DNA from: Takakia lepidozioides
Taxonomy: Eukaryota > Plantae > Bryophyta
Direction of reading: 5' to 3'
Length of the DNA: 64,000 nucleotides
Assembly: GCA_030704615.1 (NCBI GenBank)
Contig: CM060731.1
Location: 86,552,001-86,616,000 of the forward strand
The position numbers and the translations under genes are program-made. The notes beneath the pieces were generated by a model. The model was not told where the DNA came from. It ran no database searches and saw only the letters and a program-made list of their open reading frames with translations. How positions within the stretch are numbered: position 1 is the first letter of the stretch; the number at the start of each line of letters is the position of its first letter. Shown here in pieces: positions 49,962 to 61,714 of the stretch.

Positions 49962-52900
49962 TCAACGCTTCTTCTGCTTTTGAGGTCGCCCTTCGAAAGC
50001 TGCGACCGCCTCGGATGCGTTTCCCATTTCTGAGGCACGCACCCAAGATGCCTCTACATGATGATAGCCCTTCCATTTGACGAGATACTTCGTTTCTCGG
50101 TTCTTGAACCTCCTTGACTTAAGTATTGCCTCCACCTCGTACTCAGGTTCATTTTCATGATCCAACAGCATAGGTGGCGGACGCAACACTTGATGCCGAT
50201 TCGGACGCGCTTCATCTTTGAAGTAAGGCTTCAAAAAGGAGACATGGAATACTGGGTGCACCTTGCTGTTTGCCGGCAGCTCCAATTCATACACATCCTC
50301 ATTCATAACCTTCCGAATGCGAAAGGGTCCCGCATACGGAGGTACGAACTTCGGACTCACTTCCGGAGGTAGTTGGAAATTCTTGATGTTCAACCAGACC
50401 TCCGTGCCTGCCTCAAACTTCACTTCCCTCCGCTTCCGATTCGCCTGCCTTTCATACCGTTTCCTAGCTTTGGCAATGTTGTATTTTGTGAGCTTCAACA
50501 AACGCTCACGTTCTTCCAGTACTGCCGCTACTGCCGGTTCCTCAACGTCCTGGGCGGCCCAACTTGTCGGCACCAGAGGTGCTTTTCCATAGACCAATAC
50601 GAAAGGGGAAACTCCCGTTGCGGAGTGTTCTGTGTTATTATAACAGAACTCTGCCGCGTCTAAGTGTTCCACCCAGTCTGTTTGGTCTGCCGACACATAA
50701 TTCCGCAAGATCTGCTTCACTACGGAATTCACCCTTTCTGTTTGGCCGTCGGTCGTAGGTCGGAAGGCGGTGCTCATCTTCAGCCTCGTCCCCATCTTCT
50801 TCCAAAGTGCTCTCCAGAATTTACTCGTAAACTTTGGATCGCGGTCCGAGACAATATCCTTTGGGACTCCATGATGCTTTAAGACGTGGGCGAAGTAAAG
50901 TCGCCCTGTCTCCTGCGCCGTTGCCGTCTCCTTGGTGGGGATGAAATGGCCCATTTTACTGAACATATCTACCACCACCATGATTGCATCGAATCCTTTT
51001 GACAGCGGCATAGCAGTCATGAAATCCATCGAGACGCTTTCCCAAGTCCCCTCTGGAATCGGCAAGGGTTGTAACAGCCCCGCTTGCTTTTTGTACTCGC
51101 TCCGGTTTTGTTGGCATGTGGTGCATGTCTTGACATACTCCTCTGCCTCCTCCCTCAGTTTGGGCCAGAAATACTCTTTCTTCAAGAGTGCCGCAGTGCG
51201 CTTGGCTCCGCCATGGCCCGCAAGCGGGCTATCATGGCATTCTCTCAAGAGGCTATCTCTGATCCCTCCCTTCGGCACGTAGAGACGTTTTTGCTTATAC
51301 CGGAGCAGTCCATTTTGCAAGTGGAACTGCGATTTAACCCCCATCCTCAAGTCCTGCATCACGGACTTCGCCAGCTCATCCTTCCGGCAAGCCTTCCAGA
51401 TCTTCCTTTGGAGCGTCGTCTCGCCCTTGTACACCAACAAGAGCTGCTGCTTTCTACTTAAAGCATCGGCCACCACGTTGTCTTGTCCCGGTTTGTACTG
51501 GATATCCACGTCGAACACCGCCAAAGTATCTTGCCACCTAAGTTGTTTTGGGGACAACTTGGGCTGCGTGGCAAAATACTTCACCGTGACATTGTCCGTG
51601 AACACCTTCACTGGGTTGGAACCAACATAGTGGCGCCAGAGCTTGAGACAGTGCACCACCGCCTTCATCTCTTTCTCGTGCGTCGGCCACCGTCGCTCCA
51701 CTTCATTCAGTTTCTTACTTTCGTAAGCCACTGGACGTCCATCTTGCATCAGCACACCACCAATCGCGAAGTCCGACGCATCTGTATGTATCTCAAACGG
51801 ACGATCGAACTCCGGGATTTTCAAGACTGGAGCTTCTGCCATCCGCTGCTTCAATTCGGCAAAAGCTTGGCCACAAAAGGTGTTCCATGCCCAGACTTTA
51901 GATTTACACAGAAGGTCTGACAGCGGCCCCGCAATCTTGGCGAAATTTCTCACATACTTCCGGTAATAGGAGGCGAGTCCTAGGAAGGATCGCACTCCCG
52001 AGACCGAAGTCGGAGGCTCCCAGTCCAAGATCGCCCTCACCTTTCTGTCATCCATTTTGATCCCATCCTGTGTAATCACATGCCCCAAGAACTCCACTTT
52101 CGTGACCCCGAATTCGCACTTTGAAGCTTTGGCGTACAGCTTCCCTTCCCGCAACTTTTGGAACACCCTTTTGAGGTGCTCCAGGTGCTCCTCCTTTGTT
52201 TTCGAGTACACCAAGATGTCGTCGATGTACACGATCACAAAGTCATCCAACCACTCCTGGAAAAGGCTGTTCATCAGCGTGCTAAAGATCGCAGGTGCAT
52301 TGGTGAGCCCAAAAGGCATCACCAAGAACTCATATGAACCATACCTTGTCCTGCACGCGGTCTTCTCCTCATCTCCTTCCGCCACCCGAATTTGGTGATA
52401 GCCGGAGCGCAAGTCGATCCGGCTGAAATACTTTGCTCCTGCCAACCGATCGAAGAGGTCGTCAATCCTTGGCAAAGGGTACCGGTTTTTGATAGTCACC
52501 TTATTCAGAGCCCTGTAATCGACACACATCCGCAGCGTCCCATCCTTCTTGTCTGCAAATAGCACCGGGGCTCCGTAAGGTGACTTACTCAGCCGGATGT
52601 ACCCCTTTGACATTAGATCCTTGAGCTGAGTCTTCAGCTCGACCAACTCTCTATGGCTCAACCGGTAGGGCGCCTTGGTAGGCGGTTCCGATCCCGGTAT
52701 CACCTCAATCTTGTGGTCAACTCCTCTTCACGGTGGCAAGCCGCTTGGTAAATCCTCCGGCATCACATCCTGGTATTTCTCCAAAATCCCCTTGATCCAA
52801 TCTGGGCTCGGCTCCCCATCGCCTTCTCCTTTCACTTCTCTAATGTAAAGCAAAAACTGGGGCTCGTGTGCCTCCTCTACGGCCCACTCCCTTGCTGACA

Positions 52901-54524
52901 GAAGGTTTATTCGCCCTCCCACGGATTTGGGCGTTTCCGACACTCGTAAAACCTTGCCACCATTCCCACATGGCAGCGTGACCACTCTCTTGCGGCCATC
53001 TATGACCGCTCCGGATTTGCTCAAAAAGGTCATCCCCAAAATGAGATCCACTCCATCAATCTCGCAGATGGTGAAGTTCTCACGTCCCTCCCAACTCCCC
53101 AGTTGAAGAGGAACATCAAACGCCAACCTTGTCGCCAACTGTGGTTCTCCTTTGGCAGAACGCACCTCAATAGAGGCCCCCACGTCACTTGTCGGGAGTC
53201 CCAACTTTCGCGCCGTCGCCGGCGTCATGAAGGAGTGTGACGCTCCTGTGTCCACCAACAACGACACGTTAGTTCCGGATATTATCCCATCCACGAACAA
53301 TAACTGACTCCCTTTACGCAGGGCGCCAGTTTCCTGATACAACTCACAAGAATAGTTGCCTACCTTGCAAGTCCTGGCAACCACCGCTTCTACCAAGCGA
53401 CTGATGGTATCTTCCGACAGCTCCGTGGTTGCCCGAGTCATGTTCAATTGACGAGGTTTTGTGCACTTCTTGGCCATGTGCCCGGGCTCCCCGCAATTGA
53501 AACACACTCCATCAAAGGTTGCCTTCTGTCCGCCATAAGCCTCTCCACCCGCTTTTCCTTTCGAAGCACCGGGTGCCGCCTTGACGTGTGAAGGCCCTCC
53601 CTTCGATTTCCACGTGCCATTGTCGCCGCGTGGCCTATCCCACTTCTTTTCCGGTCGGAAGGAGTCACCTTCCCGCCGGGTCTTCTTGTGGTTCAGCTCC
53701 GTACGGCCTTGTCTCTCACCTCTAGGGACATCCGGGAAACATTCAGCCCTCTCAATTGCCTCGTTCAAAGTCTTGGGTGGCTTCTCCTCCAACTTCCGCC
53801 TGGCCCATGGGGCCAGTCCCGCCACAAAGTTGAAGACCATTTATGGTTCTGCCATGTCCGCGACTTCGAGCAACAGCACATTGAAAGCCTGGACATACCC
53901 CCGAATGTCATATGTTTGCTTCAAATTCCTCATCTTGTCCCGGGCAAGCCAGGACGCGTTGAGGGGCACAAACTGTCTCTTCATCAATTCCTTGAACCCA
54001 CTCCAGTTCAAGGTTTCCGGGCTTGGGCCTCGGTCGTGAAGGCGTTTCTGCCACCATTGTTGAGCATAGCCCCTCAAATAGGTGGGAGCCACTTCCACCC
54101 GATCCTCGTCACTCAACTTGGCCGCCCGGAAGTACTGCTCCAGCTCCAGGAGCCAGGTGTTGAGTGCCTTCCGATTTCGGATGCCCTTGAAGGTGCCGGG
54201 TTCCTTAGGCTTCACCTTAAACTTTGCCTTAGTGGAAGTGGCATTAGCCGCCTTCAACACGTCTTTCAACGTCCCGCCAAACTGCGCCAACAACCCTTCC
54301 CAAAAGGCTGCCGGCATGGGAGGCATCTCTTGGTTTGTCGGAGCTCTCAAGGATTCCTCGGGCTCCGACTCCTCGGATTCCTCCCGCTCTTGAGCGGCCT
54401 CGTTTTCGGAAACATTCATCGCTTCCTCAAACGGCCGCCTCGGTGACACGTCACCCCCATCGGGCTCACCAGGATCATCATCTTTTGGGCCGTTCCGCTT
54501 TCGCTTCGGCTTGCCCGACCCCAT
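49962..54524 (-). pseudogene. gag-pol polyprotein (gag, Zn knuckle, protease, RT, RNase H, integrase, chromodomain) with two in-frame stops
   Basis: Single frame. CFNCGEPGHMAKKC, LVDTGAS, YIDD, TDAS, H..H..C..C integrase Zn finger, SDRD, GQTER, and chromodomain [18 protein letters not shown]. Stops at 53841-53843 and 52728-52730. Confidence 0.95.
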
Positions 54525-54564
54525 TCTAGGCCAATCCCAAGGACGATCGCGTACTGAACTCTAA

Positions 54565-54576
54565 GCTCTGATACCA
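54565..54576 (-). promoter_or_regulatory. PBS complementary to tRNA-iMet (TGGTATCAGAGC)
   Basis: GCTCTGATACCA on the + strand, 2 nt from the LTR. Confidence 0.95.
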
Positions 54577-54578
54577 AG

Positions 54579-55380
54579 TGTCGCGCACCTCCCTTCGGTA
54601 AGCTCCCCTTCACGTCATAGTTACTCGCTTTGATGCGCGCGCCTGACTCCCAACCTGGCCGCCGGGCCAACTTGGAGCTTCGGCTGCTCACCGGGACATA
54701 ACGGTCCCCCCCCTTCGCTTCCCACTAAACCCTCCACCTATTTGGGACTAGTGGAATTCCCTTTGGTAGATGGCAGTCCGGAACAACTCCTCACTCTTTG
54801 GTCGCTTTCCGGCTCGCTCGCTTACTCACTAGTTTTTGGTCACCAACGGGCTTGCACCGTTCTCGGGGTTACTACTCCCTATATATACTTCTCGCCCCTT
54901 ACCTTCTCTTCTAGCTCTCCAAAGCTTAAAGATGGAGGCCTAACTAGGCTGAATGCATGCTCCACACATGCTGTTCGCGGGGGTTTCATAACCAGCTATG
55001 CCATTTTATGGCAAACCACCACGAAAACCCTCGACTCCCGGTGATGAGTCGCGGTGAGTCTTGGCTCACTCACCACGGCCCCTATGGACCGTGCTGAGTC
55101 CCAAGACTCCCCACGACTCCCACCACGAGGTCTCCGCCCCCATGGTGAGTCCTATGCCACCCCCACTAAGTCCCGCTAAGCTACCACCACCCCTTGTGGA
55201 GCCACCCCCACCGCAACCCGGTGTGCGGGGCTCCACCTAGTGAGCGCCTCCGCCTCCTTCAGTGCCTTGGGCACTCAAGGGTGCTTCAGCCCCCCATACC
55301 TGTCGCTGCCGATGCCCCCACCACAGGGGCAGCCCCTCATGTGTCCCGACCCCCTGCCCTCAAGGCAAAGGGCCGCGACA
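54579..55380 (-). repeat. 5' LTR (802 bp)
   Basis: TGTCGCGC...CCGCGACA, adjacent to the PBS. Confidence 0.97.
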
Positions 55381-56528
55381 TTGGAGAAAGGGCAAAAATC
55401 AAAAGTAGCAGGAGGGTGATGGGGGGGTGGGCTTCCCTGATCCCGGGGCAGCAGAATGAGCCTAGGCCTTGGCAGAGGAGATGAGACAGAGGGTGAGCCA
55501 GTCCTCTTTCTTTTAGCCTGGCGACCAGCCGAGAGAGTCGGGAGCGAGGCAGCTGCAGCACTGGCGTTCAGGGAACGTGAAGGAGAAACAGATTTGACTG
55601 GAGCATTGAGAGCTTCTGGAAGAGTGGCACCATTTGATTGGATTCCACCATGCAGTCTAACGCCGGATTTGTCCTTGTGGGGGCAATCTGCTTTGACGTG
55701 CCCCTCTCCGTTACATCCATAGCAGGTAATGCTGAGCATCTCTTCTCTTATCTGCACAGAGATGAAAGATCCGTCCAATGTCAAGAGCTTGATTGCGTTT
55801 CCAATTCTTGCCATTTCCGGCATCATAACCACAATCTTCGGCACCCCACTATCCTTGCTAGAGTCAAGCAGGGCTGGGTCCTGGTCCACACTTAAAACAA
55901 TATCATTAATTGGGTAAAAAATGTTGAGGCTCCCAATGTATGAGCCAAAATGAGCTCCAATCTCCGGGAGCGAGGCGAGATAGTTATCTGGCAGGAACGG
56001 CAGCGCAATAATTCTCGGCTTGCAGGTGGCTCCATCCTTGTGGCCCCAGTCAGGCGACCAAGGAAATATGTTCACTTTGAAGCGAGATTTTCTTGTGTTG
56101 AAGGCGAGCGCTCGGTCGACTTCCTCCTTAGAGCCAAATTTGACAATGTAAAATCCATGGCCCATGGAATGACAGAAATGGTGATTCAATCCTCCCTGCG
56201 CTCCCAGATGCTCAACTACCCATTTTCTGGCCTCATCTTTATCATGAGGGCGGCCAGGGAAATGGACTAAGATGTCGTGCTGCATCATTTTGGAAGAATG
56301 AGCGCGCAGGCATTCCAGGTCTAGGGAGATAATATCCTGGGAGTCAGTGCTGGGAGCGACTGGTTCGACATCCAAGCATGGCGCGGCATTTCCGATATTA
56401 GGACCTTTCCCAAGAATAGACGCCGCAGGAGCAGATGAGGAGTTGCGCGGGGTCCAGGTACCTTTACCTCTGGAGCTGCCTCCTGTACCTAATCTTTTCT
56501 TACGCAAGGCCACACCTCTAGAGGCCAT
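55381..56528 (-). pseudogene. LINE ORF1, 5' part (RRM/DUF4283-like region plus zinc knuckle)
   Basis: GHGFYIVKFGSKEEVDRAL..IFPWSP and CYGCNGEGHVKADC. The frame continues at 48325-48022 once the LTR element and one TSD copy are removed. Confidence 0.85.
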
Positions 56529-58500
56529 GGTGCAGGAAGATAGCGCTCACGCAGGGGCAAACGAAGCACGATGAGGAGGGGAGCTGAGAAGATGAGAGGG
56601 GAGTGGGGAGATGTCACCTTTAATGGGAAATCAAGTAGGCCTCGTTCACTGAAGTAGAATCAGAGCAGCAGCTAATACTATCGGCGCGAACTGAGGCCTG
56701 ACCAAGAGCAATTAATCAGAGCCGCCAAGTCGCCAGGAGGGAGAGGAGGATGGATGAGGAATCAAAGCTTCCAGTAAAGCACACATTTAAAGAGAGGGAG
56801 AAAGGTGGTGGCCGGGTATAACAACGCAGGGCTGACACGCCGCTCGGGGGACAGCAGCAGGGTGCCCAAAACAGAAGGAGATAAAGTATGCCAGATAGAA
56901 GGAGAAGAGTGGGGGAGGAGCGTAGAGGAGGGGCTGCACACAGCGGGAGACCCAAGGAGTTGAGGTAAATGAGAAGCTGGGCGGCGAAGCTAAAAACAGA
57001 CCGCACCAATTGTCGCTTGGCAGAACCTTAAGCAGCCGCAGGATAGGAGAATCTCTAGCAATATCAGAGAGGGGACAAAGGGGAGCTGGAGGAGCTCTGA
57101 GAGATTAGAGAGCGAGGTTGCAGTGGAGAAGAGGTGGGACAGGAGTAATGAGCCGTCCAGTGAGAGAGACGGCGTTGTCTGCATGCGAACAAATAAACAT
57201 TCATCATGCATGCATGTACCCAAGAGCGCGGAGGCGATCTAACCCAAGATCTGCAAGTTTGTGCACGCGCGAGATTGGGACATGTCACACGAAGAGGAGA
57301 GGAGGGAATGAGGGAGGGGCTGTGTGAGGGGTGGGCTTCGAAAAAATTCTAAGTCCCAGCGATCACTCATCGCAGAACGCGGAGCTCTTGGGAGCCCCAT
57401 CCTTGTATGTTTTCAAAATCCTATCTTTCATTTAAAAAAAAATTGAAGATGAAGCCTTAGTTCCCACCGAAATGAGGAGGCATGACGGACTGGAATGTAC
57501 TTGATGGGGGATAGGGGATGGATAGGGTGCTAATTCCAAAAGGCGCGGGCGCAGTAAAACGGAAAAGTGACAGACGGCCTTGCCCGTCCCACAAGCTTGG
57601 GCATCTTACCACGTGGCGCCTCGGCAGTGGCTGTTTTCGTGGGAACCAGGATTGGCGCGTGAGGTCAGAAGCGATGGCAATAATGCAGTATGTATATCGG
57701 GTGGGGCGGCCGATGGATATTAGTTTCCGTGTGAGTGATGGGTTGGGCTGTCCGGCCAGCTATTCTGGCGGTCCGAATAGATGGTGACCTGTTGCGCATT
57801 CTGCGAGACCAGAGTGGCAATGCAATGGCTGGACGGAACGGCGACGGGAAGAGAGGGATAAGAGGGGCTACGGCGAGAAGCCGTCCACGTCCACAGAAAT
57901 CCAGTGGTCCCGAGTGGCGTGGGCAGGCAAGAGATATTTTGACAGGAGGTTCCATGCATGTGTCGAAAGGAGCCATGCCAGTCCATGCCAAACCATTGCC
58001 ATAGCTGCTACCCTTCTCTCCGGGCTCTTGTGCGCTCAATCCATGCACTTTTCCGCTGGCCATCGCAGCACACCGAGCCTTTCTCCCACTGCTCCCTCGA
58101 GTTCTGTGTACCTGTCTGAGAATTTGAGATTTCGCTGTTAGGCTTTACACTCTCTGTCTCTATCAGTCATCTTGTTTGTGGGATTCTGCCATTTTCAACA
58201 TATTTCTTCGCTATATGTACCATTTTACTCCGTGGGGCTATGGTTGGCGCTTGCAGCGCACTTTTCTCGCTCAGTGAGTATCTTGCGCCCTTCTTGGGTG
58301 CCTGAGTATTCGCGTCTCCCTCTTCTCTCTATCTCTATTTTGTGTTTCTTCCTCTTGCAAGTGCGAGTTTGTTTGTTCCTGTCTCATTGTATTGGGTGTT
58401 TCGTCTCCTACTGCATTCACATCCTTGGCGTGTAACTGGAGCTGCGTCCTAGAGTTATGAAGGAGGAAGTACTGAGATAGTACCTATTTGGGCCTTAGTC

Positions 58501-59646
58501 ATGTATTTGCCAGTCACCCAAGAATCGAACCTTGGAGATTTGGAAGACGATAATGAGGACCTCCCTCCGAGGTCGGGGGGTTCCCCTGCCTCACCAGCGG
58601 AGGGATCTCCTGGGAGCAGGGGCGATGGTGGGTGCATTCGTGAGCGACCGGTGAAAGTTATCCCATGCCCTCGATGCCAATCCATGAATACCAAGTTTTG
58701 TTACTACAACAATTACAGTGTCAATCAGCCGAGACACTTCTGCAGAAATTGTCAACGGTACTGGACAGTTGGGGGTACTCTTCGCAACGTACCCGTCGGT
58801 GGGGGATCCAGGAAGAAGAATCGCTCTCGCCATCGCAACGAACCTTACCTCAAAACAGGAGGAACTGTGACAAATCCAGTGGGTGCCAGCCCTTTGCACC
58901 AACAGGTTATGCAGACGGTGAACAGCATGCACCAGCTTTCAATGCTTCCCCACACTGCGGCAGGGGTGAGTTTTGGCAACCAGCTACCCGGATTTCCTCC
59001 TTCCGGTGGCCCGCAAGTCCCCTTTTTGCAGTTCCATAGCATGGACCAAGGCCAGGTGCTGTATACTCCGCCGATTAAGACATTGAGCCAACATGACTCT
59101 GCTGATCTGCATGCAATGTACGAGACGCAGGCTAGCAATTCGGGCCTGCAAAGCAATTCGCCCTTGATGAACAATGGAGGGTATTACTGTCCGGAGATGG
59201 AGGGAAACCACATAGAAGCTCTCGGCCAAGTAGGATTGCACAGAGCTGGTTATTGGGGAAGTCAGGTGCCGCAACATCCGGGTCTCTGCAGCAGGCTCGC
59301 CACAGGTTTGTGGGAGGAGAGCCGATCTGGGCAGACTATCATGTCATCGTCACTCCATAGTGTAGTCGAGGAGGAGAGCAACATTTCTGTAAATCGTCAG
59401 GTGCACAAGGCTGGATACTGGGAAGCTCCGATGGTACAACATCGGGGCAGTAACTCCAGGCCGGGGCTGAGCAAAAGGCCGGGAGCAGGTACCTGGGAGG
59501 AGAAGCAATCTGGGCAGGCTAATACTTCGCCACATGCCAGCAGCACCATAGAAGAGGAAGGCAGCACGCCTTCTAATGGCTACTCTAATAACGGGTACGA
59601 GGACGCCTCTTCATGGGGTATAAACAGTGACATCTATTTTCAGTGA
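58501..59646 (+). CDS. DOF: Dof zinc-finger transcription factor (381 aa)
   Basis: Canonical Dof domain [50 protein letters not shown] in an uninterrupted ORF. An upstream exon cannot be excluded. Confidence 0.95.
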   Translation: MYLPVTQESNLGDLEDDNEDLPPRSGGSPASPAEGSPGSRGDGGCIRERPVKVIPCPRCQSMNTKFCYYNNYSVNQPRHFCRNCQRYWTVGGTLRNVPVGGGSRKKNRSRHRNEPYLKTGGTVTNPVGASPLHQQVMQTVNSMHQLSMLPHTAAGVSFGNQLPGFPPSGGPQVPFLQFHSMDQGQVLYTPPIKTLSQHDSADLHAMYETQASNSGLQSNSPLMNNGGYYCPEMEGNHIEALGQVGLHRAGYWGSQVPQHPGLCSRLATGLWEESRSGQTIMSSSLHSVVEEESNISVNRQVHKAGYWEAPMVQHRGSNSRPGLSKRPGAGTWEEKQSGQANTSPHASSTIEEEGSTPSNGYSNNGYEDASSWGINSDIYFQ

Positions 59647-61054
59647 GCAAAGAGATTTCCCTTCTCCTTCATATTTTCTCAGGCCTAGTTCAGCCAGTGT
59701 AGCAAGCATGAGGACCCTTATGTGATTAATTGTTCCGAGCATATTGCTTGTATATACACGTGTATAGTCTCTTTGGTCAATAGACCCAAAGGTTTGGGTT
59801 TCCTCTTTGGCTTTTGGAGTTGTATGTGTTAAGGGTTGTGAAATAGCAGGTGTGTATGGACCGATTATTTTATGGCCAGGGGAAAGACTTGTCTGGACGG
59901 GCTGGGAAGTGTCGAGCGTCTTCGCCCACTCGGTTTCCCATTATCTAATTTTGAAAAAAGTCAGTTCTGGAATCTCTGTTGTTGGGAAATCTTTGGGTGT
60001 TTATTAGTGAGGTTGGCACCGGAGAAGATGGACATGGTTGTCTGTCATGTAACTTTGAAAGAGAATTTCTGTTGGTGGGAATTTTTTTGGTGTTTATTAA
60101 TTAGTTAGGTTGGCAACGTCCAGGCTCCAGGCTCACAAGTGTAAGAGTAGCTACATCGGCTTCCAGACTTTGACTTCAATTACTCTCAAAAGTTCGATGA
60201 CCATCTCGAGAACAACATGAAACAGCTAGGTCTTCAAGGTTTTTCATTAGTAACCTATGTTGATCCGCAGGGAATGGCTTGGAGGGGTAAAATATACCCA
60301 CTAAGAACTTTTGCTCGACTGTGTGAAATCCATTGAAAAGGAGCTTGGTGGACTCTTCATTAGAGATCACTCTGTTTTTGGACAAAATGTCTCTGTGATT
60401 TAGTTTGGCCCTAAGTCACGTTTCTCTTCATCTGTGAATCGGGTTATATTTGTGTTGGCTCATTTCTGATCCTTGCAAAGTTGAATTGACGTCAGCGAAG
60501 TGGTCATCCAGAGCTAGGGACCACACAGAGTAATGGTACCTTCGAAGGGACTCCCCAACCACAAACTTAGCCGTGCTTGAAAAGGAGGGGGGAAATGCAA
60601 CACTTTTCTTTGGAGAGCCAGCCCCTCCTTCCATGGTGCATTGCTCTCTAGCAACATGGACCCCAACTCATAGCCACGTTTCCTACACAAACAGACAAAA
60701 CACACTGAGGCATAGAATCAATTTGACATTAGTGAAAACCAACATTGTTTGAAACTGTGTATTTGAGAAAATTGAGTGGGCTTCTTAGGCATGACTGAGA
60801 ATGAAGTTTGCTTGATGTAGTGTCCATACACTCTGAAGTATGTATGGTCTCCGATTTCTTTCTAATTATGGAGGTAAGACTAAAGCTGGGCAGTAAGTGC
60901 GCTCACCCTGGCTAGGGGAGTGGTTTTCCCACCTGCAGCCTTTGTGGAAGCAAGGAGCCTATGTGGAGTGGCGTAGTGCAAGTGCTCATTGGCTGGTTTT
61001 TAAGCACCGTCATTAATGAGACTGTGCTAAATCTTCACATCGTACATTAAGAAA

Positions 61055-61160
61055 AAGCCACACCTTGCGATTGCGGTTGTCGCACCATCGTGAAGGAAAC
61101 TCATGCCAGCTCTGCTCCATGATTCAAATTCAGGGCCGAGTCTGATGAGAGGGAAAAGGT
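61055..61160 (-). repeat. Dispersed copy of the OSB/PDF-motif fragment
   Basis: Reverse complement matches about 5432-5531 (CCCTCTCATCAGACTCGGC..GAATCATGGAGCAG..CCGCAATCGCAAGGTGTGG). Confidence 0.75.
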
Positions 61161-61187
61161 ATCTGCTTCAGACATTCAAACGAGGTG

Positions 61188-61250
61188 CAAATCTTTATCA
61201 CTCCTTTCTCCAGACCCCACTTTGGATCAGCATCATGCACTCTCCTGATT
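61188..61250 (-). repeat. Fragment of the Ogre-like upstream ORF
   Basis: AAATCTTTATCACTCCTTTCTCCAGACCCCAC matches 10904-10935. Confidence 0.65.
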
Positions 61251-61714
61251 TTGAATTCATCGCTTCGGGAGCTTAAGGGAGGAATGCCAAACCAGGTATT
61301 AAATACAAATTAATACTCAATTGCTTTTTAGGCAGCACAGCTGTCCATAAAACTTGAATCTGCAGTTATCCTTTGCACAGTGACAACATGTCACACTACT
61401 GGCGTTTCTGAATGGGAAATTATCGAGGAACTCGGATAGAACTTGGACTGTTCATGGACAGCTCACACCAAACCTACACTTTCTTTGTTGACATTCCAAT
61501 TGCATTATCTAGTCTAGTGTCACTTTACTGGCTTGTCCCTCATCACGGCCTGCCCATCTCCCATCTCCTGCTGATTTGATTGTGACACTTCTTCACTACC
61601 ATCACTTCAATATCTGATTACCTTTCAAATGCCAAATATTCTTCCATTTGCGATCCTGCTTTGGGAACTGGCTTTCTTTTTTAGATAACCATGCATTGCA
61701 AGTCACTTGCCGTG

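Larger units (their letters stand above)
48331..55380 (-). mobile_element. Full-length Ty3/gypsy chromovirus (Galadriel-like)
   Basis: TG..CA LTRs 48331-49057 and 54579-55380. TSD TTGGA at 48326-48330 and 55381-55385. PBS TGGTATCAGAGC. PPT-like GGTAGGGGTGTG at 49058-49069. Confidence 0.97.
45109..57300 (-). mobile_element. L1-like LINE, 3'-truncated within RT and interrupted by an LTR element; 5' boundary approximate
   Basis: ORF1 56528-55381 plus 48325-48022; ORF2 47150-45109. Confidence 0.88.

Noticed and set aside
52728-53843. Programmed readthrough or frameshift between gag and pol
   Set aside because: Both stops fall inside conserved coding regions (LPP*RGVDH, AEP*MVFNF) and fit CGA-to-TGA and CAA-to-TAA mutation.
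50157-54529. Plus-strand ORFs over the chromovirus
   Set aside because: Antisense shadows of gag-pol.
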